58,093 bases of DNA from Candidatus Buchananbacteria bacterium (GTDB taxonomy: Bacteria; Patescibacteriota; Patescibacteriia; 2-01-FULL-39-33). A program made the translations under genes and the position numbers. Of the stretch, positions 1 to 8,871 are shown one piece after another. A model generated the notes under the pieces. It saw nothing but the letters and a program-made list of their open reading frames with translations. It did no database searches and was not told the origin of the DNA. Position 1 is the first letter of the stretch. Each line of letters opens with the position of its first letter. The DNA lies in contig CAISTG010000060.1 of NCBI GenBank assembly GCA_903888345.1, positions 1 to 58,093 of the forward strand, in the 5' to 3' direction.

Positions 1-690
1 ATGGTTTCGGGAATTTCTGGAGTGGTAATTGCTTTCTTGTCTTATACGATCTTAAGCCTCATTAGTCCCCAATTATTAATTATTCACATCCCAGCTATTC
101 CTACTATCAAAGACAATTCAGGGATTGATATTAGTGCACAAAAGGCGGCTGCTCTGGGCTATAGCGATCTACCCTCTTCTAAAACCGGCAGCAACCCCAC
201 TAATGTTTCCGGTCTATCAGGATCAAACTTAACTGCCAAACAACCCAACGAAACCGCGGCTCAAGCATTAAGCAGAAATGCTGCTGCTGCCAGAGGCCAA
301 GGCATTGGTAATTCACCCGATACCGCTTATGGAGCAGTCGGTTGCGCTTTAGCGGTCGACAGACTAGTACATGCTACTTACGGATTACCAGATAATGGCT
401 ACAATCTGGGTGTGCCTGGTCTTTACAGCGAATTAACTGGATCAGGAAATTTCCAAGAGGTAGCTGTTACTAGTGCCAATCAACTCAAACCGGGCGATAT
501 CGTTATGTCTATTGATGCACCGAAGCCAGATGGCGGCACTAGATCACATACTGGCGTAGTACAAGCTAATGGTAACATCATTTCTAATTCCTCAGGCAAT
601 AGAACCTTCAGCTGGGAAACAGATTACTCTGGCTGGATTAGTTATTATCCTAATTCCAACAATAATTTTCACGTATTACGACCAAAATAA
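1..690 (+). CDS. 5'-truncated secreted papain-fold cysteine peptidase (NlpC/P60- or CHAP-like putative cell-wall hydrolase)
   Basis: The ORF is open from the window edge. A hydrophobic helix at the start (GVVIAFLSYTILSLISPQLL) is followed by a low-complexity S/T/N/A linker. The C-terminal domain has a candidate catalytic Cys (AVGCALAV) and His (KPGDIVMS...RSHTGVVQANGNIISNSS), arranged as in NlpC/P60 or CHAP hydrolases. Confidence 0.5.
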   Translation: MVSGISGVVIAFLSYTILSLISPQLLIIHIPAIPTIKDNSGIDISAQKAAALGYSDLPSSKTGSNPTNVSGLSGSNLTAKQPNETAAQALSRNAAAARGQGIGNSPDTAYGAVGCALAVDRLVHATYGLPDNGYNLGVPGLYSELTGSGNFQEVAVTSANQLKPGDIVMSIDAPKPDGGTRSHTGVVQANGNIISNSSGNRTFSWETDYSGWISYYPNSNNNFHVLRPK

Positions 691-695
691 AGATC

Positions 696-2018
696 ATGAA
701 AAACAAATTACAAACAATCTTTACTTGTTCTAATTGCGGCGCCCAATATCCGAAATGGCAGGGGCGCTGTTTGGAATGCGGTAAATGGAGCACACTAGTT
801 GAGGAGACGATCAATACCAGTGAACAAACAACCACTAAAAGCGTTAGCGCCGATGAACCGATCGACCTCACTCAACTTTCCAGTCAAAAAGAATTGCGCT
901 TACCCACTAAAATCCAAGAACTTGATCGTGTGCTGGGCGGCGGCTTAGTTCAGGGTGCTTTTATTTTACTTGGTGGCGATCCTGGTATTGGCAAATCCAC
1001 TCTCGCTCTACAACTCGCCCACAACCTTAAAAATATTTTATACATCTCGGGTGAAGAATCAGCCGAGCAAGTTAAATTGCGCGCTGACCGTTTAAAAATT
1101 AATCCGGGGGCTGTTAAATTTTTACCCCAGACCAACCTCGAAAAAATCATCGCTACTGCGATTAGCGCCAAGCCCAGTATTTTAATTATTGACTCCATTC
1201 AAACAATTTCCTCCTTGGAGGCCAGCGGTTCGCCTGGTAGCGTTAGTCAGATTACTGCTTGTGCTGCTAAATTGATGGGATTAGCCAAAACTAATAATAT
1301 TACTATAATAGTGATTGGGCACGTCACTAAAGATGGCCTAGTGGCTGGACCAAAAACTTTAGAGCACTTAGTAGACGTCGTGGTCTATTTAGAGAATGAC
1401 TCTAATGACTACTATAAGATTGCACGAACCATTAAAAACCGTTTCGGTCCAGTCGGCGAAATCGGCGTTTTTGAGATGACAGCGTCGGGACTCGCCGAAA
1501 TCAGCGATCCCACCTCTATTTTTATCGACAAAGAAATTAATACCGCCAATCCCGGCGTCGCCATGACCATGATTATGGAAGGTAGCCGATCGTTCTTAAT
1601 CGAAGTTCAGGCCCTTAATACCAAAACTATCTTCGGTTATCCCCAACGCCGCGCTACCGGCTTTGACTTGAACCGCCTGCAAATTTTACTAGCTGTTATT
1701 AGCAAATATACCAAAATCAATTTAGGTGCTCATGATATTTATTTAAACGTTGTTGGTGGCTTTAAAATTAAAGATACGGCCGCGGACCTCGCCGTTATTG
1801 GCGCCATCTTATCGGCCTATTTTGAGGTGCCGGTTCCTAAACAAACGCTGATCTTGGGTGAAGTAGGACTATCTGGGGAAGTTAGAACTGTCTCGCAAAT
1901 CGACAAAAGGATTAAAGAAGCAGAGCGACTTGGTTTCCAGAATTTCTTGGTCGCCGATCATAAAAAAGCTAACAGTATCAACAATATCAATGAGATAATC
2001 AAGCTATTTAAAAAATAA
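696..2018 (+). CDS. radA: DNA repair protein RadA/Sms
   Basis: N-terminal zinc ribbon (CSNCGAQYPKWQGRCLECGKW), Walker A (GGDPGIGKST), the RadA-specific KNRFG motif and a Lon-like C-terminal domain. Confidence 0.95.
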   Translation: MKNKLQTIFTCSNCGAQYPKWQGRCLECGKWSTLVEETINTSEQTTTKSVSADEPIDLTQLSSQKELRLPTKIQELDRVLGGGLVQGAFILLGGDPGIGKSTLALQLAHNLKNILYISGEESAEQVKLRADRLKINPGAVKFLPQTNLEKIIATAISAKPSILIIDSIQTISSLEASGSPGSVSQITACAAKLMGLAKTNNITIIVIGHVTKDGLVAGPKTLEHLVDVVVYLENDSNDYYKIARTIKNRFGPVGEIGVFEMTASGLAEISDPTSIFIDKEINTANPGVAMTMIMEGSRSFLIEVQALNTKTIFGYPQRRATGFDLNRLQILLAVISKYTKINLGAHDIYLNVVGGFKIKDTAADLAVIGAILSAYFEVPVPKQTLILGEVGLSGEVRTVSQIDKRIKEAERLGFQNFLVADHKKANSINNINEIIKLFKK

Positions 2019-2020
2019 GC

Positions 2021-2049
2021 TTGACAAAAAATATAAAATAGTCTATACT
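2021..2049 (+). promoter_or_regulatory. sigma70-type promoter candidate for the 2099 gene
   Basis: TTGACA at 2021-2026, a 17-nt spacer and TATACT at 2044-2049. A GGAGG ribosome-binding site precedes the ATG at 2099. Confidence 0.5.
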
Positions 2050-2098
2050 TAAAAATCATCATTATTAACAATAAGACAACTACTGGAGGAAATCACTA

Positions 2099-2431
2099 AT
2101 GATGCATCACCTGGATTATGAACGTCGTGAAGCAGTTTATGGGCAAGATAACGCCAAAAGACTCAAACGTCTGGCGGTCTTATTTTCAATCGTAGATATT
2201 TTGGTACTAATAAAAATGGCCTACAATTTCTTTTTCGGAGCCTACCTTGATGATCAGTTAGTACCGATTTTCTGGACAACTATCTTTGTTGTCGCCGGAC
2301 TCATTCTTTTGTTTCTTAACCGCAAACTTCATAACATTCAGAAAGAGATAAAAGAAGAAATTAAGGCAATCGACAAGGCGCGGTTAAATGCACGTCGTCT
2401 CGAGCGCAAAAAACAGGGTTTGGACTTTTAG
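2099..2431 (+). CDS. hypothetical small membrane protein
   Basis: Good GGAGG RBS, two predicted hydrophobic helices, a basic coiled C-terminus, and its own promoter and terminator. Confidence 0.6.
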   Translation: MMHHLDYERREAVYGQDNAKRLKRLAVLFSIVDILVLIKMAYNFFFGAYLDDQLVPIFWTTIFVVAGLILLFLNRKLHNIQKEIKEEIKAIDKARLNARRLERKKQGLDF

Positions 2432-2452
2432 CGGATTTTTATCCGCTTTTTT
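2430..2452 (+). terminator. intrinsic terminator
   Basis: Hairpin AGCGGAT-TTTT-ATCCGCT followed by a T-run, immediately after the stop codon. Confidence 0.6.
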
Positions 2453-2618
2453 ATTTGTAAAAAAATTGCCAACCGAAGTTGACAATTAAAAAATTATAGA
2501 ACGATATGATAGCTATATACCAAAATGACTATTTTGTGCCATAATACATCATCCTTTGCTGTTTGCCGGCGATTCATTAACCTTCGGGAAAAGCCAAGTA
2601 ATCTGAAATTCAGATATA

Positions 2619-4685
2619 TTATTCCAAGTGCAAAACCGATCCTAGCTCACTAACCTGTCGCTGTAATTCCGAATAATTTCGGAGTTCGAAATTACTATTA
2701 AAGTATATAACCGATTCTTGAACGCGGCGCAATAACGCGACATCACGGAAATCAGCCAGACGCAAATATTTAAAAAATCCCGATTGTTCTTCTCCAAAAA
2801 TACTACCACCACCGCGGACCGACAAATCATATTCAGACAACTTAAAACCATCAGAACAACTAGCCAAAAAATTCAGGCGCTCCAACGTTTTTTCTTCGTC
2901 ATTATCGGAAAATAGAAAACAAAAAGATTGATGCTCGCCGCGACCAACGCGACCACGAAATTGATGCAATTGCGCCAAACCAAAACGATCGGCCCCTTCA
3001 ATCATCATGACGGTGGCATTAGGAACATCAACGCCAACCTCCACTACAGAAGTTGACACTAAAATCTTAATTTCATTATTATTGAATCGGCGCATCACCT
3101 CTTCCTTATCATCGCTCTTTAAGCGACCGTGCAATAAGCCAACACTAATATCAGGAAATATTTGTTGGTCTAATTTCTCATGCTCCTCTAAAACCGAGCG
3201 GAAGCCCAACTTGTCTGACGGATCAATCAGTGGACAAATAACAAACACCTGACGACCAGCAATAATTTGCTGATTGATAAACTCATAGGCGGCTAGACGT
3301 TTAGTTGCCGGCACTACTTTGGTTATAATGGGCTGTCGTCCTGCTGGCATTTGCTTGATTACTGAAATATCTAAATCACCAAACAACACTAAAGACAACG
3401 AACGTGGAATTGGTGTTGCGGTTAGTGAGAGAAAATGTGGAATTAAATTGTGCGGATTTTTTTCTTTTAAAATTTGTCGCTGTTTAACGCCAAAGCGATG
3501 TTGTTCATCAATCACGACTAAGCCTAAATTAGAAAAATTTACTTTTTTTTGAATCAAGGCATGCGTACCAATAATTATTTGCGCCTCGCCGTTGCCGATT
3601 TTTTCTAACAACTCTGCCGCCTTAACCGGTTCGCCGTTGTAATATTTTTGGGAACCAGTAAGCAAGGCATGATTAATTTTAAATGGCGCCAATAATTTAG
3701 CCAAGTTAAAGTAATGTTGATAAGCCAAAATTTCTGTTGGCGCCATTAACACTGATTGTAAATTATTTAAGGCAGTATTGTACATCGCCAGTAAAGCGAC
3801 CAAAGTCTTACCCGAACCGACATCACCATCCAATAAACGGTTCATGGGACTGGTCTTTTTCAAATCCTTCAAAATTTCCCATGCCGCACGTTTTTGATCT
3901 GCCGTCATCTCAAACGGTAGGGCCTGAACAAATTCCTTAATTGCCGCTTCTCTAAATTCTATTGCCGGGGCTTGGTTTTTTTCTAATTCCGCTCGCAAAT
4001 TAATTGACCAGAGCCGCAAGATAAACAATTCATCAAAAGCCAACCGTGCTTTCGCCGCCGTAAGTAACTCCATGGTTTCCGGAAAATGGATTTGTTTAAT
4101 TGCCGTCGGTAAATCTACCAATTGCTCTTTCTCAATTAATTCTTTTGGTAAAATTTCGGCACTAGTCGGTAATTCCTCTAAGGCACGCTTAATAAGTAGT
4201 CGCAATTGTTTGACCGTTAATCCAGCCACTAGTGAATACATCGGTAAAATGCCAAGTGGCGGTGGCGTCTGCTGACCAATAACCTCAAATTCCGGATTCA
4301 TTAAGGATTGATCAAAACCACCGCCATCAACTTTACCCCAGGCCATTAATCGTATTCCGGGGCGCAGATTTTTTGTTAACCAGGGCTGATTAAACCAAAC
4401 TATTTTCACGGATCCACTATCATCAGTAAGCAGTGCTTCAGTAACTATTTGTCGTCTTCGTTTACTGCGACGACTAGAAATTAATTCGATTTTACCAACA
4501 ACAGTAACTGATGTTTCTGGTTGCAACTCACCTATCTTCAATATTTTAGAGTAGTCGAGATATTTATAGGGATAATAAAAAATGAGATCGCGAACGGTCT
4601 CAATTTTTATTTTTTTGAGTCGACCCAACAAGGCCGTGCCGACTCCGGTTAATTGATCAACTTTAGTTTCTAAAGTAATGGACAT
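2619..4685 (-). CDS. recG: ATP-dependent DNA helicase RecG
   Basis: N-terminal OB wedge region, helicase motif I (DGDVGSGKT), motif II (VIDEQHRFG) and the conserved RecG C-terminus. The start is placed at the ATG at 4685 (MSITLE), because the longer ORF-track start runs into the tRNA at 4690-4765. Confidence 0.93.
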   Translation of the reverse strand: MSITLETKVDQLTGVGTALLGRLKKIKIETVRDLIFYYPYKYLDYSKILKIGELQPETSVTVVGKIELISSRRSKRRRQIVTEALLTDDSGSVKIVWFNQPWLTKNLRPGIRLMAWGKVDGGGFDQSLMNPEFEVIGQQTPPPLGILPMYSLVAGLTVKQLRLLIKRALEELPTSAEILPKELIEKEQLVDLPTAIKQIHFPETMELLTAAKARLAFDELFILRLWSINLRAELEKNQAPAIEFREAAIKEFVQALPFEMTADQKRAAWEILKDLKKTSPMNRLLDGDVGSGKTLVALLAMYNTALNNLQSVLMAPTEILAYQHYFNLAKLLAPFKINHALLTGSQKYYNGEPVKAAELLEKIGNGEAQIIIGTHALIQKKVNFSNLGLVVIDEQHRFGVKQRQILKEKNPHNLIPHFLSLTATPIPRSLSLVLFGDLDISVIKQMPAGRQPIITKVVPATKRLAAYEFINQQIIAGRQVFVICPLIDPSDKLGFRSVLEEHEKLDQQIFPDISVGLLHGRLKSDDKEEVMRRFNNNEIKILVSTSVVEVGVDVPNATVMMIEGADRFGLAQLHQFRGRVGRGEHQSFCFLFSDNDEEKTLERLNFLASCSDGFKLSEYDLSVRGGGSIFGEEQSGFFKYLRLADFRDVALLRRVQESVIYFNSNFELRNYSELQRQVSELGSVLHLE

Positions 4686-4689
4686 AAAT

Positions 4690-4765
4690 TGGTGTACCCG
4701 GCGGGATTTGAACCTGCGACCTACAGCTCCGCAAGCTGGCGCTCTATCCACTGAGCTACGGGTAC
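4690..4765 (-). tRNA. tRNA-Arg, anticodon read as GCG, CCA encoded
   Basis: The reverse complement folds as a cloverleaf: GTACCCG TA GCTC AGTGGATA GAGC G CCAGC TTGCGGA GCTGT AGGTC GCAGG TTCAAAT CCCGC CGGGTAC A CCA. A20 in the D-loop is typical of Arg tRNAs. There is one mismatch in the anticodon stem and one in the T stem. Confidence 0.8.
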
Positions 4766-4792
4766 TAAATATTGACGGCTTCGATTAGTAAA

Positions 4793-5299
4793 TTATAAAC
4801 GCAGAAATTTTCGTAACTGCTCCGATAACGGTTCGGCTTCACGCTCTAAATCCTCATTCAAAAAATTTAATAAATATTCCCTAATGGCCACCGCATTTTG
4901 ATCATCTAACGGAACAATCAAGCGACCATGAAATGGATTCTTAAAATCAAAATAAAGATTTTTAATGCCACCAGCACGATAAACGATAAAAAAATTATCA
5001 ATCTGGCGGTAGAAGTAAAAATTTTCTCCTGATTTAATGCCCTCGGCAGTAATAACAAAATCAACTAAAGCGGACGGACGACTCTCATACATTAAGACTA
5101 TCAAGAAGAACAAGACTAAAAAAATCGCAAAAAAATAATTTTTGTCATAGATAGACCAAGCAACCCCCAAAATTAAAAGGATGGTGGCAATGATGTACCA
5201 ACGTCGATCTTTAGTATAGTTTATGTAGTCAGGATGTTGCCAAGAGAAGATCACTTGACTTAATTGAGTGTTAGCATCGCTAACATTAGTTGTATCCAT
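4793..5299 (-). CDS. hypothetical membrane protein (two TM helices followed by a soluble domain)
   Basis: Long ORF with a hydrophobic pair (YIIATILLILGVAWSI / FFAIFLVLFFLIVLM). No motif recognised. Confidence 0.65.
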   Translation of the reverse strand: MDTTNVSDANTQLSQVIFSWQHPDYINYTKDRRWYIIATILLILGVAWSIYDKNYFFAIFLVLFFLIVLMYESRPSALVDFVITAEGIKSGENFYFYRQIDNFFIVYRAGGIKNLYFDFKNPFHGRLIVPLDDQNAVAIREYLLNFLNEDLEREAEPLSEQLRKFLRL

Positions 5300-5325
5300 A
5301 TTTTTTTAAATGATCTTGTTACTAT

Positions 5326-5412
5326 CGGAGAGGGCGAGATTCGAACTCGCGGTCCTTTTAAGGGGACTTCAGTTTTCAAGACTGACGCATTCAACCGCTC
5401 TGCCACCTCTCC
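5326..5412 (-). tRNA. tRNA-Ser (TGA), class II, CCA not encoded
   Basis: Reverse complement GGAGAGGTGGCAGAGCGGTTGAATGCGTCAGTCTTGAAAACTGAAG...CGAGTTCGAATCTCGCCCTCTCCG, with a long variable arm and anticodon loop CTTGAAA. Confidence 0.9.
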
Positions 5413-5444
5413 TTACTTCTTGCTACTAGATTTTAATTTACCTT

Positions 5445-5535
5445 CGGAGAAGGGGGGATTCGAACCCCCGGAACGCCCATATAGACGTTCAACGGTTTAG
5501 CAAACCGTCGCTTTCAGCCACTCAGCCACCTCTCC
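5445..5535 (-). tRNA. tRNA-Ser (GCT), class II, CCA not encoded
   Basis: Reverse complement GGAGAGGTGGCTGAGTGGCTGAAAGCGACGGTTTGCTAAACCGT...GGGGGTTCGAATCCCCCCTTCTCCG, with a long variable arm and anticodon loop TTGCTAA. Confidence 0.9.
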
Positions 5536-5661
5536 CTATCGTTATCTAAATTTAACCTATTGGCCGTTTACCGGACCAATTCTAAAAGTTGTAATTGTTA
5601 ACAGCGCTAATATTTTAACACAAAGGAAAGGATTTTGCAAATATCTTAATTTACGGGGAAT

Positions 5662-6360
5662 TTAAGCACGACTAACGGCCAAAACAATGCAGTCTATTTT
5701 TTTAAAGCCAAATTTAGACAATTCAGCTGCCGCTTCTAGGGCTGTTGATCCGGTAGTATAGACATCATCAATTAATACTAATTCCCTGCCCCAGCTGGCA
5801 GCTAACTCCCGATAATTAACTGCAAAAATTCCCCTGACATTAGCTAAGCGGTCAATTCCACTTAATTCGGCTTGGGGTGGATTATTAACTCTTCTCAATA
5901 ATAGCTGACTGTTCACGCTACTAGCTGACTCTTGTGCAAATATTTCAGCGATTAATGCTGATTGATTGAAACCGCGGCGTAATAATTTCTGATGATGTAA
6001 GGGAATAGGAATAAAGAACTTACCAGTCACCGCTTCTGGATTACGTCGACAAAAATCTTTAATTCTTATCCGCCAAAATTCTTCGATTAAGCCAGTGACA
6101 TATTTATACTTAATTTCCGTAATCAAAACAGCGATATGGGAGTCGTGATAATCAGCCAACGACCACAGTCGTCTAATTGCACTATGTTGCTTTTGACATT
6201 CACTAGTTTTACAAATAGGACAAAGACTAACAGTGCTGGTTATAATTTTATTATCACACAAGGGACAAACAAAACTACCAGTAATACCACAACCAATGCA
6301 ATGACGAGGGAATAATAAACCACCAATGGCCGCAATTTGGTTATTTCCAGGCCACGCCAT
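5662..6360 (-). CDS. comF: ComF-family protein (competence-associated phosphoribosyltransferase-like, ComFC type)
   Basis: N-terminal double CxxC zinc finger (CIGCG...CPLCD, CPIC) and a C-terminal PRTase motif (LVLIDDVYTTGST). The start is the ATG at 6360, or the TTG at 6363. Either one overlaps the 3' end of the upstream gene, which ends at 6341. Confidence 0.85.
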   Translation of the reverse strand: MAWPGNNQIAAIGGLLFPRHCIGCGITGSFVCPLCDNKIITSTVSLCPICKTSECQKQHSAIRRLWSLADYHDSHIAVLITEIKYKYVTGLIEEFWRIRIKDFCRRNPEAVTGKFFIPIPLHHQKLLRRGFNQSALIAEIFAQESASSVNSQLLLRRVNNPPQAELSGIDRLANVRGIFAVNYRELAASWGRELVLIDDVYTTGSTALEAAAELSKFGFKKIDCIVLAVSRA

Positions 6361-6907
6361 CAATTTTCCATTCGTTATTTAGCATAACCGCCGTCAATTC
6401 TAAATCTGCCAAAAAAGTTTTTGTCTCTTGGCTGGAACCGACGGTTTGGGTACGTTGGGTTTTTACTAAGACCGTTGCATTAGTAGCATTAGAACTAACT
6501 AGCTGCAAAGACAGTGCCTTAGTAGAGAAGCCAATAAAGGCAGTGGTCGAGGCCACATCAGCCTGAATTCTATTAGCTAAGGATTTGGTCATAAACGATT
6601 GCAAGTCAGCTAAGTTCTTGGTTGGCTCATCACTCGAATAACTGCCATATCGCTCAGCAAAAGACATAGCTAACTGGCGCAAACCCAAGGGATAACTCTT
6701 ATCTTCCTTAAGCCGCTCTGCGGTTGCTGGCAATACTACTGGTGGCTCATAAACGCCACCACTAACCGTAGAGGTTGCTGCTACCGGCTGATTATTAACA
6801 ACAGTTGGCTGTGGTCGTAAAAACCACCACGCGATTAACGCGACAATAACAATAAAGGCGAGACCTAAAGAACCAAATATAATTAATCTGCGTTGTTCGT
6901 CTGACAT
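6341..6907 (-). CDS. hypothetical N-terminally membrane-anchored protein (candidate VirB8-like scaffold)
   Basis: A single N-terminal TM helix (LIIFGSLGLAFIVIVALIAWWF) is followed by a ~150-aa beta-rich domain ending in NNEWKIDGVAWK. Size, topology and position directly after VirB4 match VirB8/TcpC-type components. There is no sequence-level proof. Confidence 0.55.
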   Translation of the reverse strand: MSDEQRRLIIFGSLGLAFIVIVALIAWWFLRPQPTVVNNQPVAATSTVSGGVYEPPVVLPATAERLKEDKSYPLGLRQLAMSFAERYGSYSSDEPTKNLADLQSFMTKSLANRIQADVASTTAFIGFSTKALSLQLVSSNATNATVLVKTQRTQTVGSSQETKTFLADLELTAVMLNNEWKIDGVAWK

Positions 6908-6942
6908 AATATGAAATGATTATTAAATTGTTTATGATCAAT

Positions 6943-8868
6943 CTATGCCGGTTCTTCTTGATTGCCTTGCATCGCCTCAGAAAATTCTTTTTTGGCCTGT
7001 TCGATTTCCAGCAGCTGTCGCGGATCAGAGGTAATTAATTGATCTTCGGAATAAGAAGCGATCGTCTTAATGGCCACATGCTTAGCGCCAGCAAAGAAAA
7101 TCCCCTCGCCCACGCCACATTCTAACAGCAAATATTTCTCACCCTCAGTTAATAAGAAGGTTTTCTGAATCAAATCAATGGCGGCAGTGGATTGTTTTAA
7201 TAATAGTTGTAAAGCCGAGTTATTAATAATCGCCTGCCCGTAAGGTGAGGTTAAGAAATCATTAACATCCTGAGTGATCGTCGTCACGCCCAAATAATAT
7301 TTGCGGCAGCGTTTAACTAGGGCAAAAATGAACTTGGCCGAGTCTTCGCGTTGCATCAACCACCACGCCTCATCCACCACCAAAATTCTCTTTTTTAATT
7401 CGCTGCGAACAACATTCCAAATATAATTAACAATCATGTAGATAGCGAGTGGCTTTAACTCGTCTTCTAAATCACGTACCGAAAAAACTACTAACTGATT
7501 ATCCAATTTAACATTAGTCGGATTATTCAATAAGCCAGCAAAAGTGCCTTCGGTATATTTCTTCAAACGAATAACAATATTATCAGCGCCCTCCATACCT
7601 TCTAAAATATCCTGAAAATCCTGCATCACTGGTGGCTCCACATAACGCAAATCCGCCTCGGGCGTAATATCTTTTTTAGCATAAGTTTCCAACAACGCGC
7701 GATCAATAATCGAATCTTCCTCCGGTGTCGCATCGCCAATCATTAAACGAACTAAACCTTTGACCGTAATAACAGCATTTCTAATAATATCGGCGGGCTT
7801 CGCATCCTCACCAATAGCGCGCGGCAAATCAAAAGGATTAATTTTGGCTTCCGAATTCAGTGAAATATTAATATAGGTGCCACCAACCGCTTCACATAAA
7901 TGACTGTATTCGCGTTCCGGATCAATAATAATAACATCCGTACCAAACATCATCGAGCGCAACACCTCCAATTTAACCGCGTAAGATTTACCAGACCCCG
8001 CCTGAGCAAACACCACCATATTAGCATTTTGCATCGAGAAGCGATCAAAGAGTATCAAACTGTTGTTGTGACGATTAATGCCATACAAAATTCCCTTATC
8101 TGAAGTTAAATCAGATGAAACAAAGGGAAACGATGAGGCCGCCGGTGACGAATTCATATTAATAAACACCTGCAATTCATCAAACGACATTGGCAACGTA
8201 GAATTAAAGCCTTGTTCGGCTTGATAAAATACGCGACGCGAATAAATCAAGGTCTGTCCAAAAAAATTCTCTAATCGTTCGGAAGTTTGATCCAACTCCT
8301 CTAGCGTTTTCGCGTACAAAGTTACATAAAGCGAAATCTGAAAAAAATGTTCAATTCCTTGCGTTAAATCATCACGTAATTTTTCCATGTCCCGCAAAGC
8401 AGTTTCGGCCAAGGGATCACGCGGCGCGCCTTTTTCAGCCGCCCCCACAATTCCCGCCTCTAACACACCCACTTTTTTCTTAAGTTGTTTTAAAATTACC
8501 GAGGATTTAACGGGATAAAAATACAAAGCAATATCTGCCGTAATATCCATATTAATAATCGGCGCAAACCAACCAACTGAAATATACCTCGGATATTCAA
8601 AGACAAATATCGTACGGACAAACTGTTCGCCCAATTTCAAATAAGATGGATTAATTTCCATCGCTACTGGCGAAATCAAATCGCGAACTGTCACAATGCC
8701 CCGACGGTAAATTTTCTCTTCCTCCAACATTTCTTTGGAGGTTTCAATCGCTTTGATTTCTTGTTGCTTCAGTTGTGCCGAAGTCGGTTGCGGCGCGACC
8801 TTAAAACCACTGACTGGTGGTGGCGGCGGGAAATTATTATTTTGTTGTAGGTCTTGTGGTTCAAACAT
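6943..8868 (-). CDS. virB4: VirB4/TrsE/PrgJ-family type IV secretion ATPase (ATPase portion)
   Basis: Walker A (FAQAGSGKSYAVK), Walker B (ILVVDEAWWL), the Gram-positive VirB4 signature region (DLISPVAMEINPSYLKLGEQFVRTIFVFEYPRYISVGW) and a conserved C-terminal GVTTITQ block. Confidence 0.9.
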   Translation of the reverse strand: MFEPQDLQQNNNFPPPPPVSGFKVAPQPTSAQLKQQEIKAIETSKEMLEEEKIYRRGIVTVRDLISPVAMEINPSYLKLGEQFVRTIFVFEYPRYISVGWFAPIINMDITADIALYFYPVKSSVILKQLKKKVGVLEAGIVGAAEKGAPRDPLAETALRDMEKLRDDLTQGIEHFFQISLYVTLYAKTLEELDQTSERLENFFGQTLIYSRRVFYQAEQGFNSTLPMSFDELQVFINMNSSPAASSFPFVSSDLTSDKGILYGINRHNNSLILFDRFSMQNANMVVFAQAGSGKSYAVKLEVLRSMMFGTDVIIIDPEREYSHLCEAVGGTYINISLNSEAKINPFDLPRAIGEDAKPADIIRNAVITVKGLVRLMIGDATPEEDSIIDRALLETYAKKDITPEADLRYVEPPVMQDFQDILEGMEGADNIVIRLKKYTEGTFAGLLNNPTNVKLDNQLVVFSVRDLEDELKPLAIYMIVNYIWNVVRSELKKRILVVDEAWWLMQREDSAKFIFALVKRCRKYYLGVTTITQDVNDFLTSPYGQAIINNSALQLLLKQSTAAIDLIQKTFLLTEGEKYLLLECGVGEGIFFAGAKHVAIKTIASYSEDQLITSDPRQLLEIEQAKKEFSEAMQGNQEEPA

Positions 8869-8871
8869 AAA

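Noticed and set aside
2461-2618. Promoter-like TTGACA at 2479-2484 in the recG-downstream spacer.
   Set aside because: No -10 element occurs at an acceptable spacing, and there is no downstream plus-strand gene to drive.
4686-4751. N-terminal extensions suggested by the ORF track for recG. The same issue applies to 15588-15647 (VirB6-like), 40238-40330 (rel), 43814-43846 (parA), 47945-47977 (M16 peptidase) and 55407-55493 (orphan gene).
   Set aside because: The extensions use non-ATG starts. They run into a tRNA, a palindromic repeat or a terminator, or they precede a better internal ATG that gives the family-typical N-terminus, signal peptide or RBS.
5264-5500. 78-aa plus-strand ORF.
   Set aside because: It is antisense to two well-formed tRNA-Ser genes at 5326-5412 and 5445-5535.
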